Shown one piece after another: positions 1 through 9,652 of a stretch of DNA of 64,000 nucleotides. How positions within the stretch are numbered: position 1 is the first letter of the stretch; each line of letters opens with the position of its first letter. This DNA is from Candidatus Latescibacterota bacterium. GTDB taxonomy: Bacteria > Latescibacterota > UBA2968 > GCA-2709665. The position numbers and the translations under genes were made by a program. Where the stretch lies: positions 256,001 through 320,000 of the forward strand of contig CAXXJS010000040.1 of NCBI GenBank assembly GCA_963662665.2, written 5' to 3'. The notes beneath the pieces are model-generated. The model saw only the letters and a program-made list of their open reading frames with translations. It had not been told where the DNA came from and searched no databases.

Positions 1-20
1 GTCGAGTGTCGACATTGGCG

Positions 21-857
21 TTACGCCGTCAGACAGAGTCCCCCGTCAGCCGCCGTTTCGACCGGCTCGCCTCTGCCTTTTGACACCAAATTGAACCAGC
101 ACATTCCAACCAGGACCAGAAAAACGCCGCAGACATGCAGCCACCACGGAAGCATCGTCCCTGTGCTGAAATCATCCAGTGATCCAAAAACCTCCAGGTG
201 CGTGGACGTCACTATCAGAAAATTGTTCAACGCGTGTCCCACAATCGCTGGAAGCAGTGAACCGGACCGGACGACCCACCATGCGAATACGAGCCCCAGT
301 ATCAGAGCCGTGGGATATCGCCACGGGTGCAGGTGAGATATAGCGAATAGCAACGCAGACCAGACAATGGCCCGATTCCGCGTTCGGTGAGCCAACAGGC
401 CGCCCAGTATAACGCCTCTGAAGAGGACTTCCTTTACAAGCGGCGCCTGCACCACCATGGCATAAAACGTGAACATGTACGGCGTCTCTCTTCGTGCCGA
501 CCCCCCGAACAGGTCTTGCACACTTTCGGGCACCGGTATCAGGTGCCGGAACAGATTTCCCAGGTCCGATCCAACAATTGCCAGTCCGACAACGCACACG
601 CCGAGCGGCAGGTACAGTTGCCACGAAACGGGCTTGAGCAGCAGGATGTCGGACCACGTCCGGTCCGTTCGACGGTATGCGTACATTGCCGTCAAAATGA
701 AACTGGCCAGTATCAAGAACTGGATTACGTAGGGACTCTTGAACAAGGGCCGGTCGAGAATGGCGCCAAGAACGCCAAACGGCAAGCCTACCACCATGCT
801 GAACAGGAAAAACAGCACCACCAGCCAGAAGGATTGCTTTAAATTCGGATACGCCAT
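21..857 (-). CDS. CPBP family intramembrane glutamic endopeptidase (CAAX/Abi protease), paralog 1
   Basis: Hydrophobic 278 aa. Motifs (K)EVLFRG, FAISH and GHALNN. Shares the MAYPNL.Q N-terminus with the paralogs at 8460 and 10564. The first Glu of EExxxR is Lys here. Confidence 0.9.
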   Translation of the reverse strand: MAYPNLKQSFWLVVLFFLFSMVVGLPFGVLGAILDRPLFKSPYVIQFLILASFILTAMYAYRRTDRTWSDILLLKPVSWQLYLPLGVCVVGLAIVGSDLGNLFRHLIPVPESVQDLFGGSARRETPYMFTFYAMVVQAPLVKEVLFRGVILGGLLAHRTRNRAIVWSALLFAISHLHPWRYPTALILGLVFAWWVVRSGSLLPAIVGHALNNFLIVTSTHLEVFGSLDDFSTGTMLPWWLHVCGVFLVLVGMCWFNLVSKGRGEPVETAADGGLCLTA

Positions 858-1502
858 GAATTCCCTCCCATGTAACGGATGTCAGCACTTCCAACGAACC
901 ACATGCCGGTGCGGGGGATGACTATTCGTCAATGTCCATTTGAGCGATGCTCACGACAAGACTCTCGCGCCGACCTTCACCGTAGCTGACCCGCGCAATC
1001 ACCGCATTTCCCGTCTTCCGCTGAAAGCAAGACGTGCCCTTTGTTGTCAGATGCCCGGCAATCGCATCGATGGCGAAGTCGTGGTAGTCCGTCCTTCACC
1101 ATCTTATGGCGGACGCGCCTGTAACGAACCGCGGTCTGTTTGCCCTCCCGACCCCGGCAAACCCCTTGCAATGAACGCATGATGAACTCTTTGACGTTGA
1201 ACATCCCGGTTTGGACCGCAAATTACAGGCCAGGCTTGATATAGTAAATAACTTATTGTATATGAGCTATTTATTTTAAGAGAAGGTGACTCGAAAGCGT
1301 CCCGACGTGTAGCAAAATGCGCCGCGCTGCCTCAAGGACGATGCCGGTAGGCGCACACGGAAGGGCCATGATGTGTCGTTCATGCCTATTTGTAGCATCA
1401 GATTAAAAGGTGGCGAGAGAAAGTGATGTAATCTGCATCGCATGGCGCATCTTGCAGCGTACGGCGCCGTCGCATCAGTTCACCGAACGTCCCTGAGAGG
1501 CA

Positions 1503-1720
1503 TAAAAAAAATCCCGCATCATCCCCTCGCCATTCGGTGATGAACTTTCCTTCGGCACCCCGATTAAAGGGTGCCGGGCAGTGTCACCACTCACGCAGCT
1601 TTGAGGATGCGGGAAGGTCCTACGTATTCGCCGGGGACAAGGGAGCTACCCCTGCCCCTGAATGTCGGCTATTGTATTCGGTAGGCTACCCGACATACGG
1701 GTCCTGCCCGAGTGGTGACA
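1503..1720 (-). ncRNA. Candidate structured RNA / attenuator, family not recognised
   Basis: 11-bp inverted repeat (1710-1720 vs 1582-1592), two internal hairpins, hairpin at 1553-1576, alternative 9-bp stem (1606-1614 vs 1512-1520) followed by a U-tract. A promoter-like sequence lies directly upstream. Confidence 0.45.
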
Positions 1721-1725
1721 ACCGA

Positions 1726-1754
1726 AATATAATTTCTGTGAATGACAAAAACAA
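1726..1754 (-). promoter_or_regulatory. sigma70-like promoter for the candidate ncRNA
   Basis: TTGTTT-N17-TATATT on the minus strand; the predicted start falls at the 5' arm of the closing stem. Confidence 0.4.
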
Positions 1755-1826
1755 GGGCAAATTTGCTTTTCTACGGAGACGGGTCGATCTGAGAGTAGCG
1801 AGGCCATAGACGCAGGCCACGTTTAA

Positions 1827-2773
1827 CCTTGATTCGCAAGTGCGCCGTGAAAAGGCGCGGAACTTCAGTGGGTGAGAGTCCCACCCGACAGATGTTGCCA
1901 CAGTCGGAAGCAATCGGAGCGGAGACGTAGGTAACGACATCTCCGAAGCCTCCGGTGTAGAGGGTCGCCAGGCGACTCGGCGAGTATGTGGGCTGAAACG
2001 TGAGTAAACGCTGAGCAGGCCTCGAAAAGGGTAATGCGGGAGCCGACCCGGCTTGCGAACGGGGAAGGCCGCCGTCGTTGGGGAAGCAGGCAACGAGAGC
2101 ACCCAACGGTCCCGCCGGGGTAATGGCGGAGGCACGCATACAAGGAGATCCGACGCAACACGGGAAGCCCCAGCGGTGGTGGAGAGCCACCAACCGGAAG
2201 CCCGTGAGGGCCAGGCCGGGCCGTATGGGGTGGCGGACAGGCTCGTAGTACCTGTGATGCCGGGTAACGCCGGCGGAGGAAAGGGGCCTGACTTCGGATG
2301 TGCTTGTGAAGGGGACAACTGTCGGGAGAGTGGCGCAAGCCTATAACCTCCTCCAGAATAAGACGAGGCGACTCCAGATCAAGCTAAGGTTTCAGGTGAA
2401 GCTGTCCGGGCAGATCGGGCAGTGTGTACCTGAAGGCGATGTCCGTCGGAGAGCCGGATGCGGTAACTCCGCACGTCCGGTTCGACGAGCGGGATGTGGA
2501 AACGGAGCAGGGAGGGGCTATTGAGGCACCGCCAGACGAAAGGGGCGGGAACAGACAGGCCACTCCTAAACCACCGCGCCACATCTCGACTCTACTTCTT
2601 CGGGGAAGTAAAACCGAATATATGCAAGTAGATAAAGGCGATTTAACTTCTGATTACCAGGATACACCAGGTCACTGGACGTGGACTGAAAAAACGTCCT
2701 TTTTAACGACCGTTACGCCCCGTTTCAGGGGTTTTCGTCGCGTTGCCGAGTTGCTGTTTTTTTCACATTGAGG
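1827..2773 (+). mobile_element. MITE copy 1 (191 bp without the intron), interrupted by a group II intron
   Basis: Segments 1827-1839 + 2596-2773 match 14251-14442 almost base for base. Ends are CCTTGATT...ATTGAGG (imperfect TIR). TTAA flanks both sides (1823-1826, 2774-2777). Confidence 0.8.
1840..2595 (+). mobile_element. ORF-less group II intron (756 nt)
   Basis: 5' GTGCG. Domain V GAGCCGGATGCGGTAACTCCGCACGTCCGGTTC (2451-2483) with the AGC triad. Domain VI ends ...CGACTCTAC. EBS1 TTGCGAA (2053-2059) pairs with exon TTCGCAA. The intron-free allele at 14251 confirms both boundaries. Only a ~110-nt IEP remnant (KTRRLQIKL) survives in DIV. Confidence 0.95.
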
Positions 2774-2891
2774 TTAAGAACTGTATCGCCGTGCGGGTGC
2801 GACAAAGTCACGTCAGAGAAATGATGGTTGCGTCCCGACCACTGAATTTTCGCCATGGCGGAGGGACCCGTCATCGCACCACGCCTCACAT

Positions 2892-3710
2892 CTACTCCCG
2901 GTTCTCCTTCCCGGCTTCCTGAATCGGATACCGTATGTCCGCACGCTGCAACTCACCTTGAAGCCACTGGCTGAACAGCGTGTCGCGAATTTCGCTTATG
3001 ACGCGTTCGTCCAGGGCCGCCGGATATTTCCGCTGAAGCATATACAACGCGAAACCGCCGGACGCCTTCTCAGGTCCGAAGATTTCACCTGACGAGGCCG
3101 CGAAGAGCCGTGCGGAAATCCCCCCCGGCAATTGCGCGCGACGAACGCGCCCCATATATCCGCCGGCCGGTCGGGTCCGCTCATCCTGCGAGAATTCACG
3201 GGCCAGTGCGCAAAAATCGGCCCTTTCTTCCCGCGTCTGGAGCCCGATCTCCTCAATTACCGCTCTTTCCCGGTGGAAAACCCAGCAGACCTCCGCCTCG
3301 TCGAAATCAAGCGTGTGTTGAGCGAAGTATGACTCGACCCGTCCTTCTGCGACTTTTTCAGACAGCATGCGCTCCAGCCGCCTGGCCTGGGCCTCTTCGG
3401 CCACGTCGTCCAGGGCGATCCCTCGCGAAACGAGCCATGCCTGGGTGTCTTCCACCCGTTCCAGGCGATGTCGATACCGCCAATCGTCCACGGCACGCTG
3501 GATGTCTTCGGGCGTCGCGAGAACGCCTTCCCGGACGGCAAGCTGCCGCACCAGTTCTTTGCGTGCGAATTCACCGAAAAAATCGAGTTTGTCCGCAACG
3601 CCCAGTTGACGTACGACCCGTTTGAGCGACACGTCAATGCCATTCACCCGGACCAGCGTTATTTCAAGGGCCGTGGTTGAGGATTCATCTCCCACCTGAT
3701 GCCGCATCAC
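2892..3710 (-). CDS. PpiC/SurA-like peptidyl-prolyl isomerase (peptide-export-associated foldase)
   Basis: Rotamase motif FCALAREFSQDERTRPAGGYMG...GEIFGP; coupled to hlyD. Confidence 0.85.
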   Translation of the reverse strand: MMRHQVGDESSTTALEITLVRVNGIDVSLKRVVRQLGVADKLDFFGEFARKELVRQLAVREGVLATPEDIQRAVDDWRYRHRLERVEDTQAWLVSRGIALDDVAEEAQARRLERMLSEKVAEGRVESYFAQHTLDFDEAEVCWVFHRERAVIEEIGLQTREERADFCALAREFSQDERTRPAGGYMGRVRRAQLPGGISARLFAASSGEIFGPEKASGGFALYMLQRKYPAALDERVISEIRDTLFSQWLQGELQRADIRYPIQEAGKENRE

Positions 3711-5107
3711 ATAACCCCCGGCTGCTCAATTGACGTTTCCACGGCGTCGTACGTTGCGGACTCATACAGCTTTCTCAAAGGACTCAACAGCATCAGCAGG
3801 ACAGATTGACGGTCCGTCATGATCTCCGCTGTTCCCTTCATGCCGAACAGCAGCGGCTTCTGCTGTCCCTTTACGGCCATCGTGGTTTCTTCCAATTCAA
3901 CGAGACCCTTGAAGATCGGCCCGACGCGCTCATCGATAGTGGCATCGGGCGAAAGCTGTTTCAGCCACCCTCGTTTGATGCCGAAATCCTGAAATGCAAA
4001 TGCGTCATATTTCAGTTTTACTATCTGTCCGGGTTTAAGCAGACCCACGTCCTTGTTCAATACGGCGAGTTCGGCAACCATTGGCGCAGAGGCCGGCGCC
4101 ACTGAAATCAACGTCTGCCCCTTGCTGATCACCTGGCCCAGGGTGTTCACCATCACCTGCGTTACGATGCCCGGCTCCGGCGCCAGAATCAGGTCCGATT
4201 CGGCTTCCAACTGGCGGTCGACCCGTTTGCGCGCCTGTTCCAGTCTCAATCGCGCGGTTTCATATGCATGTCTCATCTGCGAGGTCTCGCGCCGGTGTGC
4301 GATGCGTGCTTCGAGAATCTGCCGTTTGAGATCCTGGACTGACGCCTCGTTCTTGTAGATTTCCGACATGCGTCCCGGAAGCGCCGCCAGAGCGCTGAGG
4401 TACCGCACCCGGGCACGATTGATTTCCGCAGTACTGATCAGCTTGCGTTCATATAACTTTTTCTGCTGCATGTACTCCTGTTTCAATTGATCGATTTCAG
4501 CCTGGCGAAAGCCGATTTGCGCATCCAACTCTTCGTTTATTGCGCTCCCGCCCGCGGAGTCGGCGTGACCCACGTCCGCCCGGTAATCCTGCAAGGCATC
4601 CTGATGCGCCGCCATGAACCGCTCCAGAACAGAGAGCCGTGTCTTCAATGAGGCCATCGTTTCCCGGTTCAATTCCGTCCTCTGGGGCAACACGTGGTGA
4701 AGATCGTACCTGGCCTTCCGATACGCCATTTCCGCCTGTTCCAGTTCGCGAAGGTCTCCCCAGGTTTCCCATGATTTCAGTTTGAACAGCAACTGGCCTT
4801 CTTCGATGCGATCGCCTTCCCTGACGCCAATGTGCTCGATCTCACCGCCGCGACGGGCCTGCAGCGTTTTCACCTTGCCCAGCGGAACCAATTGGAACGG
4901 CGCCGACGCCACGACGTCCACCTTTCCCCACCACGCCCAGATCACGGCGATTCCGACAAACAGAAGCACGAGATACAGCAACGCCCGCCCCCAGAACGGC
5001 CGGAGAGATCCCACGAACGCCTGCATCTCTTCTGCGCCGCCGTCCCGTACCGGGAGTACGATCGGGGACGCTGCCCCTGGCGAGGACGTCCGGGCGGGTT
5101 CTGCCAT
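3707..5107 (-). CDS. HlyD family membrane fusion protein
   Basis: N-terminal TM helix, GG.I..I.V.EG lipoyl-like motif, coiled coil, KDVG..K.GQ.VKLKYDAF..QDFG and GMKGTAEI motifs. Confidence 0.95.
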   Translation of the reverse strand: MAEPARTSSPGAASPIVLPVRDGGAEEMQAFVGSLRPFWGRALLYLVLLFVGIAVIWAWWGKVDVVASAPFQLVPLGKVKTLQARRGGEIEHIGVREGDRIEEGQLLFKLKSWETWGDLRELEQAEMAYRKARYDLHHVLPQRTELNRETMASLKTRLSVLERFMAAHQDALQDYRADVGHADSAGGSAINEELDAQIGFRQAEIDQLKQEYMQQKKLYERKLISTAEINRARVRYLSALAALPGRMSEIYKNEASVQDLKRQILEARIAHRRETSQMRHAYETARLRLEQARKRVDRQLEAESDLILAPEPGIVTQVMVNTLGQVISKGQTLISVAPASAPMVAELAVLNKDVGLLKPGQIVKLKYDAFAFQDFGIKRGWLKQLSPDATIDERVGPIFKGLVELEETTMAVKGQQKPLLFGMKGTAEIMTDRQSVLLMLLSPLRKLYESATYDAVETSIEQPGVM

Positions 5108-5134
5108 AAGGCCGCATCCCTTTCTGGCGGAAGT

Positions 5135-8100
5135 TCAGACCGCCTGCAACTGCTGGCTGCACATATGAAAATAAAGACCGCGTTGAGCCATCAGTTCATC
5201 GTGCGCGCCCACATCGGCGATATGGCCCTTTTCCATGACGACAATTGTATCTGCATCCCGTACGGTGCTCAATCGATGAGCGATAACGAGCGCTGTGCGA
5301 TTTTCGAGGAATAGCGCAAGATTGGATTGAATCGCACTTTCCGAGTCGGTATCAAGCGCATTTGTCGCTTCGTCGAATATCAATATTTTCGGATCGCGAT
5401 ACAGCGCCCGGGCGATTGCAATCCGTTGCCGTTGACCGCCGGACAGTCCGATTCCCTGTTCGCCCACCTTCGTCTCGTATCCCAAAGGCATATCGCTTAC
5501 GAAATTGTGGACGCATGCCAACCCGGCTACTTCCAGCAGCCGGTCAAGATCCGCGTCGGATTCGCCCACCGCGATGTTCTCCGCAATGGTGCCGCTGAAC
5601 AGAAACGAGTCCTGCATAACCATCCCCACCTGGCGTCGGAGCCAGTGAGGATCGAAATCGCGTACGTCCATCCCGTCCAGAACCACGCGACCTTCCGAGG
5701 GATCGAACAGGCGTGGAACGAGCTTTACGAGCGTGGTCTTACCCGCGCCGCTGCGGCCGACAATGGCGACTTTCCGGCCGGGTTCCAATTCCAGGTTGAC
5801 GTTGTTCAACACGTAGGGTTCGTCGGAACCGACGGCGTACCGGAAGAACACCCCGTCGAACGCAAGCCGACCCTCGACCTGTTTCAGCCTCAGGCCGTGT
5901 CCTCGCTGGCGCGCATCCTCCATCCTCGAGTCGTAGACGTCATTCAGCCGATCCAATGCGACCCGGGCTTCCTGGACCTCCGGCCAAACGCCGATCAGTC
6001 CCATAATGGGTCCCATTACATTGCCGATGAGGGCATGGAACGCCATCAACTGACCCACCGACAACTCGCCCTCGATCACCAGGGAAGCGCCATACCACAA
6101 TATTACGGTGGAACTCAAGAGGTTGATCATACTTCCGCCCGCGCCGAACAACATCTCCATTTTCAGCCGCCGAAACCCGATCTGAATTTCCTTCGTAAAC
6201 TTGCCCTCCCACTGCCATCTCGTAACCCGCTCGACGGATTCGGCTTTCACCACGTCAATGCCATGCAGCGAATCGATCAGAACGGAAGACTGTTCCGCCC
6301 GCGCAAGGAAAGCTCGCTGGCTGAAGGACTTCAGAATAGGAGTATAGATCAGCGTCAGCCCCACGGACAGCGGCACGAATATCAACATCACGAGCGTCAA
6401 TTCCCAGTTGTAGTAGAACATCAGTCCGAGATAGACGAATAGCATGACAAAGTCGAGTATCGCCGAGATGGTGGTGTCCGTAAAGAGGCGCTGAATCGTG
6501 GCGTTTTCCTTGAACCTCGTGGTCAGATCTCCGGTACGGCGCAGTGCGAAAAACCGCATGGACAGACCCAGCAGATGCCGGTAGAAACGGGACAGCATGG
6601 TCAGGCTCAACCGGGCGCTCATATACCCGATCAGATACGCGCGCAGCGTCGAGGTGCCCATTTGGAACAGCGCCACCACGACCATGCCCGCCAGCATCAG
6701 GTTCAGGAGATCCTTATCATGGTGAACCAGCACCTGGTCGACAATCGTCTGCGTAAAGATAGGCGAGGCAAGGCCGAATAGGCTGAGTACGAGGGACGCC
6801 AGCAGCACCTCGATCAGGATGGGCGCATAGGGCTTGATCAAAGGCAGGAATCGTTTGAAGGAAGACCTGGAGGGTTCATTCTCCGCAACCTGGTCCGTAT
6901 ATTCCAACAACAGCGCCATGTTGGTCCAGCTTTTCTCGAACTCCGGACGCTTCAACCGTCGAAGGCCCAAACCGGGATCGGCTATTCTCACCTCCTTTTT
7001 GGTGATTTCATACAACACAACGAAGTGGTTGCCTTCCCAGTGCAGTATCGCCGGCAGTCCGGTCCGCATCAGCGCTTCATAGCCCGTTCGCACGCCCCGC
7101 GTGACAAACCCCAGCGTCTCCGCCGCCTCAGCCAATGCCGCCATCGACGTACCGTCCCGAGACACGTTGCACATATCGCGCAGCCTGTTCAGTCCGATCG
7201 GCATCGTGTAATACTTGCAGATCATCCCCAGACACGCTGCGCCGCAATCGGACTGATCGTTCTGTTTCAGGAAGGGAAAACGAAACGACGTTGGCGCCGC
7301 CTGTCTAACTTCATCCGTATCGCGATCCCCGTTACCGGATGGCCGACCGTTCGTCTCAGCCAGATTGCTCCCGTCCGGCCCTCCCGCCGCGATCCGAGTT
7401 CCGGTGCGTCGCGTCGGGGAAGACAGCGACCTGTCCGATTCCTGCTCCGGGGGCAATCGCCGGGCTGCCTCGCGCAGGGACACCAATGCTGGAATTGCAT
7501 AGCTGAGGCGATCGAAGTCGTCTCTTTCCAAATAATAGATAACGCAATCCCCCCGACCGCGGATCGTCCTCGGCTCGCCGCGCGAAGCATCCGTATCCTC
7601 GAAAAAATCACCCGCGACCAGCGTCAGCGCACGACCATCCTCCGAGGCTACTTCCAACTGACCCTTGCCCACCAGGCAGAACCGCCCGCGCGAGCGACCG
7701 GGTTCCGAAACGGTCGTTCCATCCGCGACGTCTGCGCGCGTCATTCGCCGTAACAGCTCTCCCCACGCGTCTCCCGGGACAGACCCTTTCAGATACCGGG
7801 TGAAGTTCCGAAAGGCGATGTTCCTGACATGGTCCTGGAGATGCGCCTTCAGTTCCGGTTCTCTCTTCAACACCTTGAAGAATTCATCCAGGGGTACCCG
7901 CAGCACACTGGAGTCCTCAACCGCGCGCACCGTCGCCCGATGCCCGTCGCCTGTAAGCAGCGCCCCTTCGCCGAAGTGATCGCCGGCGTACAGAAAGCCC
8001 AGGGTTTCCGGTTGGCCATCCGCACTCTGCTTGATCACCCTCAATCGACCCGACTGAAGAATGCAGAAGACATCACCGGTTCCCCCTTGATCGAAGACGA

Positions 8101-8170
8101 CCGACCCGAAAGGAAACCGAACGGACTCTGACTGAACGGACTCTTCTAAAAACGGGGACAAGACGTCCAT
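5135..8170 (-). CDS. Peptidase C39-containing ABC exporter with N-terminal cNMP-binding domains
   Basis: cNMP domain (GDHFGEGALL...RATVRA). C39 triad in QSDCGAACL / NHFVV / IADP. TM domain, Walker A GRSGAGKT, LSGGQRQR, DEATNALD. Confidence 0.95.
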   Translation of the reverse strand: MDVLSPFLEESVQSESVRFPFGSVVFDQGGTGDVFCILQSGRLRVIKQSADGQPETLGFLYAGDHFGEGALLTGDGHRATVRAVEDSSVLRVPLDEFFKVLKREPELKAHLQDHVRNIAFRNFTRYLKGSVPGDAWGELLRRMTRADVADGTTVSEPGRSRGRFCLVGKGQLEVASEDGRALTLVAGDFFEDTDASRGEPRTIRGRGDCVIYYLERDDFDRLSYAIPALVSLREAARRLPPEQESDRSLSSPTRRTGTRIAAGGPDGSNLAETNGRPSGNGDRDTDEVRQAAPTSFRFPFLKQNDQSDCGAACLGMICKYYTMPIGLNRLRDMCNVSRDGTSMAALAEAAETLGFVTRGVRTGYEALMRTGLPAILHWEGNHFVVLYEITKKEVRIADPGLGLRRLKRPEFEKSWTNMALLLEYTDQVAENEPSRSSFKRFLPLIKPYAPILIEVLLASLVLSLFGLASPIFTQTIVDQVLVHHDKDLLNLMLAGMVVVALFQMGTSTLRAYLIGYMSARLSLTMLSRFYRHLLGLSMRFFALRRTGDLTTRFKENATIQRLFTDTTISAILDFVMLFVYLGLMFYYNWELTLVMLIFVPLSVGLTLIYTPILKSFSQRAFLARAEQSSVLIDSLHGIDVVKAESVERVTRWQWEGKFTKEIQIGFRRLKMEMLFGAGGSMINLLSSTVILWYGASLVIEGELSVGQLMAFHALIGNVMGPIMGLIGVWPEVQEARVALDRLNDVYDSRMEDARQRGHGLRLKQVEGRLAFDGVFFRYAVGSDEPYVLNNVNLELEPGRKVAIVGRSGAGKTTLVKLVPRLFDPSEGRVVLDGMDVRDFDPHWLRRQVGMVMQDSFLFSGTIAENIAVGESDADLDRLLEVAGLACVHNFVSDMPLGYETKVGEQGIGLSGGQRQRIAIARALYRDPKILIFDEATNALDTDSESAIQSNLALFLENRTALVIAHRLSTVRDADTIVVMEKGHIADVGAHDELMAQRGLYFHMCSQQLQAV

Positions 8171-8459
8171 TATTTCGTTCCTGTAAGTTGTAGGACTATG
8201 CGACAGTCCGCATATAACTCGATGTCCGCCAGGAGGCCGCGCACAAATTGCCGACTATGCGTCCGGTCAGGTTCACGGGACATCCCGTCGGAGACGGCTT
8301 ATCCTGCGCCCGGCGTTCTGTTTTCGTTTGCCGCTTTGAAATGCGCCAATTCCGTCAAGTATATACCATATATAGTATGCACACGTGCGTCAGCGACCGA
8401 TCGCCAGGCCTGAGAACCCCGTGGCCGATGTGGTTGGGATCAAAGCCTTCAGTGTCCCA

Positions 8460-9308
8460 TTAGCTCCTAACTGCGTCCGACTCGGCATCCGCAGGCGGAT
8501 CCAGGCCCAGGGAAATCTGTTGTGTGTCGTTTGAAACCCGGTAAAACCACCACAGTCCAAGAGCAGCCAACAGCATCCCCGACGCACTCCACCACCAGGG
8601 ATTGAACGCAACTTCGTTAAGGTCTCCTGAAATGTCCAAATGACGAGAATAAAAATGTATAGCGGTCACGGCGATGAGGTTGTTCAACGCGTGCCCGAAC
8701 AACGCCGGCAGCAGTGACCCGGTACGGATTACCCACCAGGCCCAGACAACGCCCGATCCAACAATAGGCGCCAGTTTCCAGAGATCCAGATGCATCGCAC
8801 CAAACAGAACCGCCGTCCAGATAATGGCGGAAGGCCTTGTATGATGCGCCAGCAGACCGCTCAGGATAATTCCCCTGAACAGCAACTCTTCCCCGAACGG
8901 AGCCACTATGACTGCTCCGAACAGCGCAGACATAAAGGATGTTCTGCTGAAGATCTCCAAACGATAGATCTCTTGTATCCACTCCGGCACAGGAACGATG
9001 CGAGTCACGACTTTCATCAATTCAGTATCGAGCATCCCCAGACCGACTACTGAAATTGCAACGCAGGGCCATACCCGCGAATCAAAATCCCTGTTGAACA
9101 GATGCCGTACGTATTTCCAGTCCAGATCGGCGCGGCGATACACGTAGCCCAGAATGACAACGAAATTTGCAAATAACAGAATTCCCAGCACGAAGTCGTC
9201 GTCCAGCTGCCACCCGTCAACAATGGCCACAGGAATTGCCAAAACTGCCTGAACCAGCAGGAATAAAACCAACAGCCAAATCGCCTGCCTCAGGTTCGGA
9301 TATGCCAT
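8460..9308 (-). CDS. CPBP/CAAX protease, paralog 2
   Basis: EELLFRG, FGAMH and GHALNN motifs; MAYPNLRQ start. Confidence 0.9.
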   Translation of the reverse strand: MAYPNLRQAIWLLVLFLLVQAVLAIPVAIVDGWQLDDDFVLGILLFANFVVILGYVYRRADLDWKYVRHLFNRDFDSRVWPCVAISVVGLGMLDTELMKVVTRIVPVPEWIQEIYRLEIFSRTSFMSALFGAVIVAPFGEELLFRGIILSGLLAHHTRPSAIIWTAVLFGAMHLDLWKLAPIVGSGVVWAWWVIRTGSLLPALFGHALNNLIAVTAIHFYSRHLDISGDLNEVAFNPWWWSASGMLLAALGLWWFYRVSNDTQQISLGLDPPADAESDAVRS

Positions 9309-9406
9309 CGACGTCTTACCAGATTTCGTGGCCGGCCTTGATTGATGGCAATCAGTGCGTTCAAGCATGATCTTTCCTGGATTCGTTTCGGATCGTTAGG
9401 CGATCT

Positions 9407-9571
9407 CAATCTGCGGGAGATTCCCCTTCCGGCCAGATGAAACATCCTGGTTTCGATGGGTGATCCAGAACCCACAGGTAGGCGGGGAAATTCTGAACCT
9501 TGAAAATAGGTCAACTGAGTTCTTACATCGTTATCGGGCTACCCCGCAGGCGATCCGATATCGACATTAAT
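9407..9571 (-). pseudogene. Internally deleted DUF3267-like metalloprotease paralog
   Basis: After a 1-nt frame correction it reads LTYFKVQNFPAYLWVLDHPSKPGCFIWPEGESPAD*, matching the C-terminus of 11651-12256 (LTYFRVQDYRSDLWVKDHPSEPGCFIWPDGQTPFE). Confidence 0.75.
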
Positions 9572-9652
9572 GTATTCGTCTCCCAAAGCGTTCGGGAAAC
9601 GGCAGAGCTTTGGAATCAACCAACCCCTTGAAGCGTGTTCAGATACGCATGC

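Noticed and set aside
900-1204. Short ORFs upstream of the first CPBP gene as further precursors
   Set aside because: No GG leader or clear RBS.
1503-1720. Retron msr-msd, HDV-like ribozyme or FMN riboswitch as the identity of the structured RNA
   Set aside because: There is no adjacent RT, and only short fragments of those consensus motifs are present, in the wrong topology.
1686-2771. Several 60-210 aa ORFs over the intron
   Set aside because: They are incidental frames of the ribozyme, with no RT motifs (no YADD).
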